Source: Mobula birostris
Lineage: Eukaryota
Length of the DNA stretch: 64,000 bases
Reading direction: 5' to 3'
Assembly: GCF_030028105.1 (NCBI RefSeq)
Contig: NC_092387.1
Location: forward strand, 17,358,244 to 17,422,243
The translations under genes were made by a program, and so were the position numbers. The first letter of the stretch is position 1. Every line of letters begins with the position of its first letter. A model generated the notes under the pieces. It was not told where the DNA came from. It saw only the letters and a list, made by a program, of their open reading frames with translations, and searched no databases. This document shows, piece after piece, positions 26,531-37,949 of the stretch.

Positions 26531-26671
26531 ATCAGAACTGTTAACTCAGTTTTTCTCTCTGCACAAATACAGCCTGATCGATTGGTTACATGCGACAGCA
26601 AGATCTCTGATCTTCACCTCACAGCCTTTACTTGCCTTTGATCTCTCTCGATCCAACTGCCTTCATTATTC

Positions 26672-27580
26672 TGTTAACAAGACAGTTCTATAAATGGTAC
26701 GGCAAAAACCCCAAGCTCAGCGTCAATCAAATGAAGTGGAACTTTTTGCAGGGCTGCAAGGAAAAGGCAGGGTTGCTTGTTGTTTTGAACAGATGTAACT
26801 AAAGCTAGCTCAATAAGGCAACTGGCCTCTTTTTGTATCACATTCTGTGATTCAAAGAGCAGGTGCAACCGAGCACAGAGGAGATACAGCACCCTAGACA
26901 GTGTAGCTTCATTATCAGTCAGATCCACCAAAACACCTATTCCATTGCATTCTTTCCTGAACCTTTTGCTTTTGTGAAGGTCTGTAAGGAAGATGTTTAA
27001 CGTGATTGGTATACGTTCAGATAAAATGGATGTCTGTAAGATGAAATGGTGTTAGCTTGGAGAGGGATTGTTTTGAGAAAGTATAAGTGAAGCAGTCCAC
27101 AACAATTTTTTGAGAAAGTTGGGGGAGTACAAGTCTACAGTCATAATGGTGGAAAATGGTGATAAATATGCTTTTCATGGTAAGGCAAGATCATTGTGCG
27201 TGGAAAAGTACCAGTGTGAGGCGTTTTGAAGGGTATAAAAGGGGCACCTTCTTGGTGGAAGGGGAAGGGAGTTTTGTCTTAGGCTAGGTTGTGGCTGCTG
27301 ACATAGGGAACAGTACATTGCGAGAGTCCAGAGAGAGAGGAGAGGCTGTGTGAGTGTCTGTCAGCACTCCGCAGACCAGCTCATTTAGAGGATGATAAGT
27401 ATTATTTTGCTTTCTGTATTGCTGCTACTTACTACTGTAGAGATTTGTTTTTCCTTTTGTGTGGCACTTGTGCTATTTCTATTAAAGTTATATCTAGTGG
27501 CCTTGAACACATGGGTTGTCTCTTTTGTTTGCAAATACCCTGAGTGGAACTAGGAAAGGAAATATAATGAATTTTAGGAC
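26672..27580 (+). mobile_element. Possible solo LTR
   Basis: TG...CA ends, ATTGG at about 27005, TATAAAA at about 27234, ATTAAA at 27481. Left boundary and TSD uncertain. Confidence 0.35.
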
Positions 27581-27719
27581 AGTTTTCCATCTGCATCTGA
27601 AAAGTTGCACATATTTCTCTTAAAAGAAACTGAACCTCAGCAGGAGCTTTATCTTTGCCACCCATCACCTGCACCTCAGTGAGATCCACGGCCGCCACGC
27701 TCTTCTTCTGTCGCCAAGA

Positions 27720-29605
27720 ATTCCCCACCCCTCACTGATGACCTCTTCTCCCGTCTCCAGCCCTCCTCCTCGTCTCAGACACCACCCCCTGGTTCTCCAA
27801 CTGCTCTGGAATCTTTTCATCTCTAATGGCCGACGAGATGTCAGTCAGCACATCTTCAGCATTCCTCTCTCCTCATGGAACTTTACCCACACTAAACACC
27901 CTGCCCTCCACTCTCCCCGCACCAATCCCAACCACACCATCAAACCTGCAGATGAAGGGGTTGCTGCTGTTTGTGTGTGGCCAACTGACCACTAACTTAC
28001 TGAGGCCAGGCGGCTACTCTCAGACACCTCATAACTATCCCTCGTAAAGGACCCTATTCTGGACCATCAGAAAATTGTCTCTGGCACTATTACTAACCTC
28101 ATCAACCCTGGAGAACTCCCATCCACTGCCACCAAACTCATAGTTCCCTTATCACACACTGCTCTTTTCTACCTCCAAAGATACACAAATCTGACTGTCC
28201 GGGTGGGCCTGTTGTCTCTGCCTGCTCCTGCCCTATTGAACTTGTGTCCGCATATTTTGACTCCATTCTTCAGTCCCTTCCCACCTACATCCGTCACACT
28301 TCTCATGCTCTCCATCTCCTCAGCAACTTTCAATACCCTGGCCCCGACTGGCTCACTTTCACCATCAATGTCCAGTCCATACACACTTCTATTCCCCATC
28401 AAGAAGGCCTTAAAGTTCTCTCCTTCTTTCTCAACTAAAGGTCCAACCAGTTCCCCTCCACCACCCCCCTCCTCTGACTGGAAGAACTGGTCCTCACCCC
28501 CATCAGTTTCTCCCTCGGCTCCTCATACTTTCTCCAGACTCAGGGGGTGGGCATGGGCCCCAGAAATAAATAAATAAGCCTGCCTTTTCATTGGCTACAT
28601 AGAACAATCCATGTTCCATGCTGTTCATGGGAACACTTCCTAGCTACGTTGCTTTTGCTTCAAGCACCCATGCTGAGCTTGTCAATTTAATCAACATTTC
28701 CTCCAACTTCCACCCTGCCCTTATATTGGTCCATTTCTGACACCTCTCTCCCCTTTCTCGATTTGTCTCCATCTCTGGGGACGAACTGTGTACCGATATC
28801 ATTTATAAACTTACTGATTCCCATGGCTATCTGGACTTTAACTCTGCCACCCTGTCTCCTGTAAAAATGCTATTCCTTTTCGCAGTTCCTTCGTCTCCAC
28901 CACATCTGCTTCCAGGACAAGGCTTTACTTTCCAGGACTTCAGAGACATCCTCCTTCTTCAGAGAATGGGGTTTCCCTTCCTCCACCATTGATGCTGCCC
29001 CCACCCACATCTCCTCAATTTCCTGAACATCCACACTCAAACCATTTTCCCACTGTCTTAACAGGGATAGAGTTCCTCTTGTCCTCTCCTACCCCCCCCA
29101 TGAGCCTCCACATCCAACACATTACTCTCCACAACTTCTGTCACCTTCAACGCAATCCCACTACAAAACATACCTTTACCTCCGCTGCCCCACCTCTGCT
29201 TTCCACAGGGATTGCTCCCTCCATGATTCCCTTGTCCATTCATCCCTTCCCACTAATCTCTTTCCTGACACATATCCCTGCAAGTGACAGAAATGCTACA
29301 CCTACCCAGTCAACTCTTCCCTTACCTCCATTCAGGGCCCCAAACAGTCCTTCCAGGTGAAGCAACACTTCTCTTGCAAATCTGTCCTGTTTCACCTCTT
29401 ACCTTCTAGGTAGAGCTCCTTACCCTCTTTTAATTTTCACCTTTTTACTCTAACATCTTTCCCCTTCCTTTCCAGTCCTGAAGAAAAATCTCGGTCTGAA
29501 GGGTTGATTATTTATTTCCAGAGATGCTGCCTGACCTGCTGAGTTCCTCCAGCGTTTTTTATGTGTTATTCTGGATTTCCAGTATCTGCAGACTCTCTCG
29601 TGTTT
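27720..29605 (+). mobile_element. Penelope-like element (RT + GIY-YIG region), degraded
   Basis: TIKPADEG.A, YL.PKIHK, VQSIHTSIPHQEGL, G..MG, IYKLTDSH.YL. Ends in the family terminal repeat with a decayed hammerhead at about 29473-29508. Confidence 0.8.
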
Positions 29606-29986
29606 ATTAATCACTGCTCCTAGCAACTTCGCAGTGTTTAAACCATTTTCATTCTTCAAATAAAAATGCGATTCGTCAATGATTCAGGATATCTACATGC
29701 TAAAAAAGGTTTGCAGTGACAACTTATTTGTAAGTTTATTGATTTTTAAAGCACGCCAATCGTTCTGCATGCTTTCTTTATCTGCTGTTCCTGCATATAA
29801 TATCCCAAGCAATATAAACACGGATATTCGAATTCAATAATATTCTGCCACTGGAGTTCATAACAAAAGAAATAAAAACTATTCAGAGTAATTGAATGTT
29901 CCACTTTGCTGAAATTGCATCCTTCATTTAAAAAGGTACAAAACATCGAAAATATCCTTAAAACCCGAATTCCCTAATTATCCAAC

Positions 29987-30180
29987 CAAAACACATGAAA
30001 GTTGCTGGTGAACGCAGCAGGCCAGGCAGCATCTCTAGGAAGAGGTACAGTCGACGTTTCGGGCCGAGACCCTTCATCAGGACTAACTGAAAGAAGAGCT
30101 AGTAAGAGATTTGAAAGTGGGAGGGGAGGGGGAGATCCGAAATGATGGGAGAAGACAGGAGGAGGAGGGATGGAGCCGAG
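29987..30180 (-). mobile_element. Short Penelope terminal-repeat insertion
   Basis: Flanked by AATTATCCAAC / AATTATCCCAC (TSD with one mismatch). Contains a hammerhead core. Confidence 0.8.
30049..30084 (-). ncRNA. Minimal type I hammerhead ribozyme (Penelope-associated), core intact
   Basis: AGUC-CUGAUGA-A-GGGUCUCGGCCC-GAAA-C-GUC-GACU. Stem I AGUC/GACU, stem II, palindromic ACGU stem III, GUC cleavage triplet. Confidence 0.75.
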
Positions 30181-30394
30181 AATTATCCCACGTTAGCGAA
30201 CAGCGATTTGTAGAGCCCGCCAAACACGCAGCGACTCATTGGAGCAAATCACTGTCAATCTTCAAGTTCTTTTTATGCAGTGGAAACAATGTTAATGTCA
30301 CACTGCTGCAATATTTCATTGCTTGTGATTTTTACGAGCTATACTTTCCAGCGATCATTCTTTTCAGGAGTTTCATTCAGGAAAGCACCACAAA

Positions 30395-30615
30395 TCGGCT
30401 TCCCGCCACACACGTCACAGAGCACACTTATCTCTGATTGGAGGGGTAGGAGGTTGTTGAGACGTGCACTCCCATTGGTTCTAAGGTACAGGTAAAATAA
30501 GCCGAACAAAGGCGCCAGGCTGCTGGCCAATAGCGGCAGCGTTTGCTGTTTTGCCGGAGAAGGCGCGAAACTGCCCGAGCTGGCGCGCCCAGAGAGCGCT
30601 GAGCTCCGCAACGAC
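30395..30615 (+). promoter_or_regulatory. PCLAF cell-cycle promoter (CCAAT/NF-Y boxes, E2F sites, CRE-like site)
   Basis: TTCCCGCC at 30400, CACGTCAC at 30411, ATTGG at 30437 and 30474, CCAAT at 30527, GGCGCGAAA at 30562 (E2F consensus on the reverse strand), GGCGCGCC at about 30582. TATA-less CpG island. Confidence 0.75.
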
Positions 30616-30670
30616 ATGGTGCGCACCAAGGCTGACGGTCCCTCGGTCTCCACCGGCTCCTTCCGCAAGG
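30616..30670 (+). CDS. PCLAF: PCLAF (PAF15/KIAA0101) coding exon 1
   Basis: gacATGG start context. Encodes MVRTKADGPSVSTGSFRK, with the PAF15 N-terminus MVRTKAD. Donor G|gtaaga. Lies in a CpG island. Confidence 0.95.
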
Positions 30671-31134
30671 GTAAGAGTGGGAAGCGGGAGGAACGTCGCC
30701 TGTCGGGTGGGTGTGAGAGAGGAGGGAGGGGGTGAACGGGTTGGGCTGCCGCATTTCTCCGGCTGGCCTGTGTGGCGCTGGAATGCGCGCTGGAGTCGCC
30801 ATTGACAGGCGCCGGGCGTCGATTCCGCCGCTTGTCTCTGGTCGTCTTCCCCACAAGGCTCGCGCCTTTATACCGGCTACCTACCGACGCCTCTGCTGCT
30901 GGCGGGTTTTCACTCTAAACGTTGACTGTCCATTGACCTCCTCCCACCCCACATACACACATATGCTCCAGCCGCTGCCTCCTTCCAGTGTCTGCAGTAA
31001 AGCGGTATGTTCAATTTGCAGTTTATCATGGCCATTCATGTTCTCTCTAGAACGAAGTTCCCGGTGTCTAAGGATTTAGTGTCTAGTGGCAGCAGGATCC
31101 TCAAGACCAAGCTTTAGTACGTCCCTCGGCACCT

Positions 31135-32960
31135 ACTGTTTTTTTATTGCAACACCAACAAATTACATTCAATGCAACCAGTTGCCAACTACATTTTGAC
31201 TGTTTAACCCCGCCACCCCCCCAACCTTCATCACCATCCCCTCTCACCCCCCCATCCCTCTCCCGTCCACCAATCAACTGAATAGAAGTACATACACAGA
31301 CAAAGCATTCCTATTTTAACAAAAGATCTTTTAAGTTAGATATCAAATTTGTCCACATTATGATTGTTTGGTCGTGCATCATTTACTCTTGCTGATGAAA
31401 ATTCCAGGTAAGAAATGTCCAAAAAGCTCCGAAGCCAGTGAGTATTTGAAATATCATGGGGAGGTTTCCAACGCTGGACTACAATCATCTTCGCTGCAGT
31501 CAGGCCTGCCAGCCAGACTTTGCGTGTTTTTTTTCCGTAAGGGAAAGGTGGGAGTCATCATTTAGAAGGTTACAGTGGGGTCCATTGGTAATTGTACCCC
31601 TGTTAGTTCTGTAAGAACACTGATAACCTTCCCCTACAAATCAAAAACCCCTGGACATTCCCATACAACATGTATAAAAGAGCCAATGGCTCCATGGGGG
31701 CAAAATGAGCAATATGGGTCAGGAACCAGTCCCATTTGATGTTTAATTCTTGGTGTTAAATATGCTCTATGACAAAATTTCAAGTACATATACCGATGAT
31801 TTGGGTTTTTCGAAGCACCGGCAGCATTATCCCAAATCGCATCCCAGTCTAAGTCTTTTCAGATTCAGGTATATCTGAATAGGGACATGTCCCTATCCCA
31901 AGCTTTCATTCCCAATGTGGGCATATCATTCTGGGAGTTTAATTTATCATAGATATATGACACTATCTGTCCTGGAGCACTCTGTATCCAACTTAAAGTG
32001 GGATGGTCCTTTAAATCTGACCCCCAGGGAACGCTGTTGGCTTTACAAGTTGATCTTACTCAAAAGTAGAAGAAAAGAGAATGTTTGTCAATAATATATC
32101 AAGATTTCAGTTCTTGAAAGCTAAGGATAGTACTTACCCCATTAATATCTTGAAGAGTAGTAATACCTTTATCCTCCCAAGTTCTGTTAATGGATGGTTT
32201 CCCCCCAGATAGAAAATGATTATTGTTCCATAAATGGAGATGATTTGCACCATACACTTGTAAATTTTAGGAATTTTTCTGCTGCTTTAAACACTTGTAG
32301 TATATGGGTTAAAATTAGACTAATACAAATCACATTTTTTGGTAGTCATACTTATAAGAAGAAAGTCCTTCAACCTTATTGGTGCTATTAGCTCTTGTTC
32401 TGTATTTTTCCAGGATGAAACTTTATCCTCCTCCATCCAATAGCTAAGACTTTTTAATACAGATGCCCAGTGATACAATTTAAAATTTGGACATGCCAAT
32501 CCCCCATTTGACTTTTTGGATTGTAGAGCTGACCATTTTATATTGGGTCTTTTACCATTCCAAATATAGTAGCGTAGTAAGGAGTCCAGTTTTTGCCAAT
32601 ATCTTGCTGGAGGTGCAAGTGGGATCATGAGCTGATAAAATTAGTGATGGGTAAGATGTTCATTTTAATGACGGATATATGGGCCGAGACTGATGCTGGC
32701 AGGTGTCTCCATCTATTAATATCTTCTATTTTTTTCAGAATTAAAGAGTAATTTGTTTTAGCCACAGATGATAGGGAAGTATTAACTTTAATACCCAAGT
32801 AGAGGACTTCATTTGTAACTTTAATCTGGGGAGGAAAGACACCTTACTTTTATCTGTATTAATCAGCATCAATGCTGATTTTAACAAATTAACTTTGTAT
32901 CCTGAAAGAAATCCAAATTGCTCCAGTGTTTTTAAAATGAAGGGGAGAGTTCATTGAACA
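31135..32960 (-). mobile_element. L1/Tx1-clade LINE 3' fragment in PCLAF intron 1
   Basis: YIWNGKRP.IKW..LQ..K..GGLA.PNFKLYHWA, HRAYLTP and a C-terminal CCHC motif (CSFC...HVVWECP). Poly(T) on the plus strand at about 31138 is the tail. Confidence 0.85.
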
Positions 32961-34767
32961 TTTGCCATACTGTTTTTCCATTTGCACCTACTGTTCTTGT
33001 GGGGCCATCTAATTGCGCTGTCGGACAAGTTTGGGCCGACTGCGAAGAATCTTACACCAAGTAGTTGATTTTTCAGCAGCTGTTGATGTTTGCCAAACAA
33101 ATTTGGCATGAAGCTGTATAGGGAGATATTAGTGCAAGCTCGGGCTGGAGTTGTACTCAAGTGCTATATTAAGAGCTAATTTTCCTGCTGGTGTCATTCT
33201 CAAATACTAAACGCATACAGTTAATGTACTGGGTTAATCAAATCAAAGTTTAAAAAATTGTGTTACGATTTTATTGTGGGCAGCTGTATTTGAAAAATGA
33301 TCTTGTGGCAGTAAAATTAATGTGTCATGGTTTGTGTATGATGTGTTGCAGTTAATCTGTAGTGCCTTAGCTAACTGAACCCTGTACCTGTAGATACAGT
33401 GTTCTGAACTAATTGACATTTTATCAAGTTTGGCTCTACAAGGTTTTACTTCATTGTAATGTTATAGCTTCAATTACAATGCCCAATCTATTTCGATTTT
33501 GTCAAATTTTAGGACCCTACTCCTCATTCTTGTTTTCTTTTATAACGATACCCAACTGAAGTTTAATAGTACGACCACAAATGTTGCATATGATGAAAAT
33601 GCAACATCCTCACATCTATTGAGTGAGGAATAATTACATGAGCAGGTTTGTTTTCTGATTAAAGGCCATTAAGTGGAGGAAACATTATGTAGATGCTGTA
33701 ACGTGTCTTTTTCTGGTAAATTTCCAGTCAACAGTGAATATTTAATTACATATCCAAACAATTGGTTGCTGATGCACAGTGTATGGTGCCTTGGGGTTTT
33801 TTAAAAAAAAGCGCCTTGGAAATACATTTTTAGCTGTGTGTAAAAGCTGATTATAGCAGAAGCAATTTGAAATTGTTTAGTTTTAAGGTACAAACCTCTT
33901 ATGAAGTTATTGGGAGCAGACAAACCATGAGGATTCCTTTCCAGCAGATCTGGTTGCATTGATAAAATGAAAAAGTTATTTCAGGTTAGACTATTAATGA
34001 AAACTGGGGTGGAAGAACTAGGTGTATTAAAGCTGAGAAATGCAGGTTAGAACTGCTGAAGCCCTGTAGATTAGGCAATGTCGACATAAGGAAAAGGTAA
34101 CCTTGGAGCTAGGCAGGCTAGTTCTAAAAATAGGGAAATTGATTAAATTATCAGATCTTGCTGTCCTGTGTATTCCTTTGACATTTACAGGCCAAAACTC
34201 AGTTTAAACAGTATTAATAAGTATTCTACCTTTACTGGTTGCAATGTGAGCTAGCCTAATTGTGAGTTGCTTAATCTACTTTTTCAAATTCCTTTATGGT
34301 TGGTCTCATTCTGAGGTGAGACCTTAAGGCAGAATGTTGCTCCAAATGCCAGCATATGCAGTCTTATCAGTCCCAATGTTTCTGTGCTGCCTTCTCAGAA
34401 TGAGCCCTAAACTTTGGGTCAAGCTACACTTTTTATTTACTGATTGTATTTACAAATCATTCTTAGATTTTCTTTAAATAGTGTCTACCTTTAATTCATT
34501 GTCAAATAATGGTAGCATCCTTTCATTCAAAGTGCTTGTATTCTTAATGGTATTGTCGCCACGTGGTTTAATAAAACTAAATGTTAGCCAGGATTTATCC
34601 TCTGGCCAAAAAAGCAATTTTGCTAAAAGTTGGATATTTAATGGTTTCTTTGTTGTCATCAGACTTGGTGTTTATATTGGCATAATAATTTTTGGCCGAA
34701 CTATGCTTTTATTTTTTCAAATTTCTCCACCTGGCTTTAAGAATGAAAATGTGTTTTGTTTCCCTAG

Positions 34768-34848
34768 CTGTTGCTGCCAGAGCACCAAGGAAGGCACTTG
34801 GATCTACCAGTACAGCAAACATCTCTCTGACATCTCCTGGGAAAAAGG
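34768..34848 (+). CDS. PCLAF: PCLAF coding exon 2
   Basis: 81 bp between ccctag| and G|gtatgc. Encodes (A)VAARAPRKALGSTSTANISLTSPGKK (histone H3-mimic APRK, D-box-like RKAL). Confidence 0.95.
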
Positions 34849-35409
34849 GTATGCGCTGACAGAACATTTACGCTACTTGGAACTGTCCTGGAAATTGGCT
34901 TGTGGTGCCATGAATTTTCCAAGGAAAGCTGATCAAGAAAATGTATGACAATGTTGGGGATTTGTGAACATGTAGTCTATAGTAACTAATATAAAGTGGT
35001 GTTGTTTACTTTCTGTGCCCATTTGTGAAATGGTAAAAATTTTTTAGCAGAGACCAGTTGGCATGATAAAATATGCAATCTTTCAAAGATAAGATTGACA
35101 ATACCTAATTTGAAATTTTGACACCTTTGGCATAATCACACTATATACTTCAGGGATGAATTTTCATGGTTCCTATTTGAAATTAATTAATAATTTGCTA
35201 TATAAACCAGAACCTTTTGATGCAAGAAATAAGTTTAATGGCGTTTATTTTGTAATTGGTTCCGCAATCCATGTAAGATGAGCTCACTATTTAAATTTTT
35301 ATGCCAGTGCTGGGGTGTTTATCTTTGCATCTGTTTGCAGTTTTCTAAGAGTGCTTGCTGACTTGGTACGTTGGGATGTTTGGCTGAGTTCTTGTTTTGT
35401 TTTGAGCAG

Positions 35410-35581
35410 AAAATAAGTATGCTGGTGGAAATCCAGTGTGTCCAAGACCAACCCCAAAATGGCAAAAAGGGATTGGAGAATTTTTTGGTGGTCCAAAGAA
35501 AGATGTAGAGAAAGAAAATGCAGTTCCCTCAGATGATGAGCCAACCAGCAGCAAGAATGAAAAAAAGAAAGCTCCAAGGAG
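35410..35581 (+). CDS. PCLAF: PCLAF coding exon 3 (PIP box, KEN box)
   Basis: Encodes (E)NKYAGGNPVCPRPTPKWQKGIGEFFGGPKKDVEKENAVP..., with PIP box QKGIGEFF and a KEN motif. Tandem acceptor gag|cag| allows a start at 35407 or 35410. Donor AG|gtaaat. Confidence 0.95.
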
Positions 35582-35920
35582 GTAAATTAAACATTCTCTT
35601 TTAATTGCACCTGAAGCATACCATCATGGCTTTGTGCAATAGTTACTGATGTAGCACTTGCATCTGTGCTTCTAGTGAATTCAGTATTGGGCTCCAAGAT
35701 GTCTCTCTAGGTATTGTACTTTTAGAGATGGCATTCTCTTTGGCTACTATTGAAAAGGGATTGTTGGTTGCCATTGTACCTTTCAGGGATGTAAAAGCCA
35801 TCCTACCAATATATCTTGTATTGCATAAATATGTTGGGTAACATTTGCCATTGGGAATTTTGAAAATCCTTGGAGTTGATATTAAAATGCTTTGACCACT
35901 TTTTATTTTTTTTCAACCAG

Positions 35921-35978
35921 GGCACGTCCTTTGTCTGCAGAATCTTCAGATGAAGCTGCATCAGGAGATGAGAACTAA
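35921..35978 (+). CDS. PCLAF: PCLAF coding exon 4 (with stop)
   Basis: Poly-T tract then ccag|. Encodes (R)ARPLSAESSDEAASGDEN*. Phase matches exon 3. Full protein is 121-122 aa. Confidence 0.9.
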
Positions 35979-36097
35979 GCTCCATGTTCCTTCGACCATG
36001 TTTCTTACTTGAAGAGATCTTGACGTGTGTATGTGTATTTATGTCAATTACCGTTTGTACTTTGCAGTATGGACTTGTTAGTTTTGTACAGAAATTC

Positions 36098-36103
36098 AAT
36101 AAA
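36098..36103 (+). terminator. PCLAF polyadenylation signal AATAAA
   Basis: Canonical hexamer about 120 nt after the stop, with T-rich sequence downstream. Confidence 0.7.
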
Positions 36104-36188
36104 ATACATTTAAATTCATTTACAGTTTTGAGAAGCTATTTCACTTGCTCAATCTTTTCGTCTTGGGTCAATGCGGCTATTTTATTAA

Positions 36189-36582
36189 CACTCTCAACAC
36201 GCTGGAGAAACTCAGCAGGTCGGGCAGCATCCGTGGAAACGATCAGTCAACGTTTCGGGCCGGAACCCTTCGTCAGGACTGAAGAGGGAAGGGGGCAGAG
36301 GCCCTATAAAGAAGGTGGGGGAGGGGAAGCAGGGAGGTGATAGGCAGGAAAGGTGAAGAAGGAATAGGGGAAAACACAGTGGGTAGTAGAAGGAGGCGGA
36401 ATCATGAGGGAGGTGATAGGCAGCTGGGGGAGGGGGCAGAGTGAAATAGGGATAGGGGGAGGGAATTATTAGAAGTTGGAGAATTCTATGTTCATACCAG
36501 GGGGCTGGAGACTAACTAGATGGTATATGAGGTGTTGCTCCTCCAACCTGAGTTTAGCCTCATCATGGCAGTAGAGGAGACT
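36189..36582 (-). mobile_element. Recent Penelope 3' fragment insertion
   Basis: Perfect 14-bp TSD GGCTATTTTATTAA at 36175-36188 and 36583-36596. Confidence 0.85.
36245..36280 (-). ncRNA. Minimal type I hammerhead ribozyme (Penelope-associated), core intact
   Basis: AGUC-CUGACGA-A-GGGUUCCGGCCC-GAAA-C-GUU-GACU. Stem I extends to 6 bp (UCAGUC/GACUGA). NUH triplet is GUU. Confidence 0.72.
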
Positions 36583-37949
36583 GGCTATTTTATTAATCAA
36601 GTTTTTGGATTTTTGTTTAAATCCCTACGCTTTTGGGAAGGAAAATGAGTGAAAGCTTTTGTTTATTCTAACCAGAAGTTGCTTTTGTTTATCAATTGGT
36701 ACTGTCAATTACTAAGTATTGTTTGTTCCCAAGTGTTTCAGATTCAGTCCAGCCTTCAAGGATTGAAATGAATCAACCTTAAGGTTAATAAATTCAGAAA
36801 TGACATTTTCCCTTATTGGAGCACCAGTTCATGTGCTATTACATTCATTTCTAATGAAATGCAAATTAATGTGGTTCTAATCAGCTGAATTTTGGAACTT
36901 ACGCTGGAAAGCAAAATTAAGCATAGCTGTACTGTTTAATATCCAACATTGATTTACAATTTAATGTTTGCCATGTGAGGAATGTTAGTTCATGGTTATA
37001 GTTTCCAAACTTGAGTGCTTGTGGTTTCCAGCTTTTGTAGATTTGCAAAATAGTGTTTGGGAACCCTAGTATTGTATTCATTAATTGCACTTAGTACAGT
37101 TACTTTGGTAACTTGGATGGACTGGTGCCAATGCAAAACTTAACATGTAATATCAGACTTGGACAATCAAAATACTGCTGCTCCCCACAGTCCCAACTGA
37201 GAAAACATTGGATTTCCCAATGTCTGAAGCCTTTCAGTTCCTACTTGCTCTCGGTGGTCCTTAAGATGAATAAGTTAGTTTCATTTTGTTGATGTTCAAA
37301 CTGACTTAATAATTAAAAAAAAAATCAAGACCCCCCCACCCCAGCTCATAAAGTCTAATGTCTACATTTTCATCTGTCCACTCAATTGATTGCCTCCACT
37401 TTGGATGCTTCCCCAATAAAATCCTTCCCATCAAGTTACTTGCATCCATATGTTCCAGTTGACTGTGGATTTGGTCATAACTTCAACAACAAATAAACAC
37501 ATTTGTCAATACTTCAGGAATAAAGATGACCGCTGCTGCTTTGACTAAGCATCTCTGCCATTCTCAGGAGCTTGCTTTGTCTTTCATGTACATGACTTGG
37601 GCTGCTGAACCAGAATTTGTATCTGTCTGCATCTAAAATCTTCAGAGCTGTTTGCACAAGATCTTGTATACAGGACTTCCTTTGAGTAGTGTCTTTTTGA
37701 AAATATCTGTTGTGCCTCAAAGAGCATTGAAGTTAGTAATCTGGGTTTTGCCATAATTTTTAATATAGGGTTGTTACTATCTTTAATGTGTCATTGATTA
37801 TTGGGGGATCATTTTGGTAATTATATTTGGGATTTCATAGGGGACTGAATACTGCACAATGACTGAATTTCTACTCCTAAGTGACACTTTACACTCCTGC
37901 CTGTCATTTAGAAGAATGAGCACAACTGTTATGTGGATTTTGCAGAAGC

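Noticed and set aside
22600-30615. Single shared bidirectional promoter for TRIP4 and PCLAF
   Set aside because: The first exons are about 8 kb apart, each with its own CpG-rich region, and are separated by repeats.
30339-31079. Overlapping 115-171 aa ORFs around PCLAF exon 1
   Set aside because: Stop-poor frames are expected in a GC-rich CpG island. Only the spliced MVRTKAD frame matches a known protein.
34481-34948. 155-aa plus-strand ORF overlapping PCLAF exon 2
   Set aside because: It is in a different frame from the conserved exon, mostly intronic, and has a non-ATG start.
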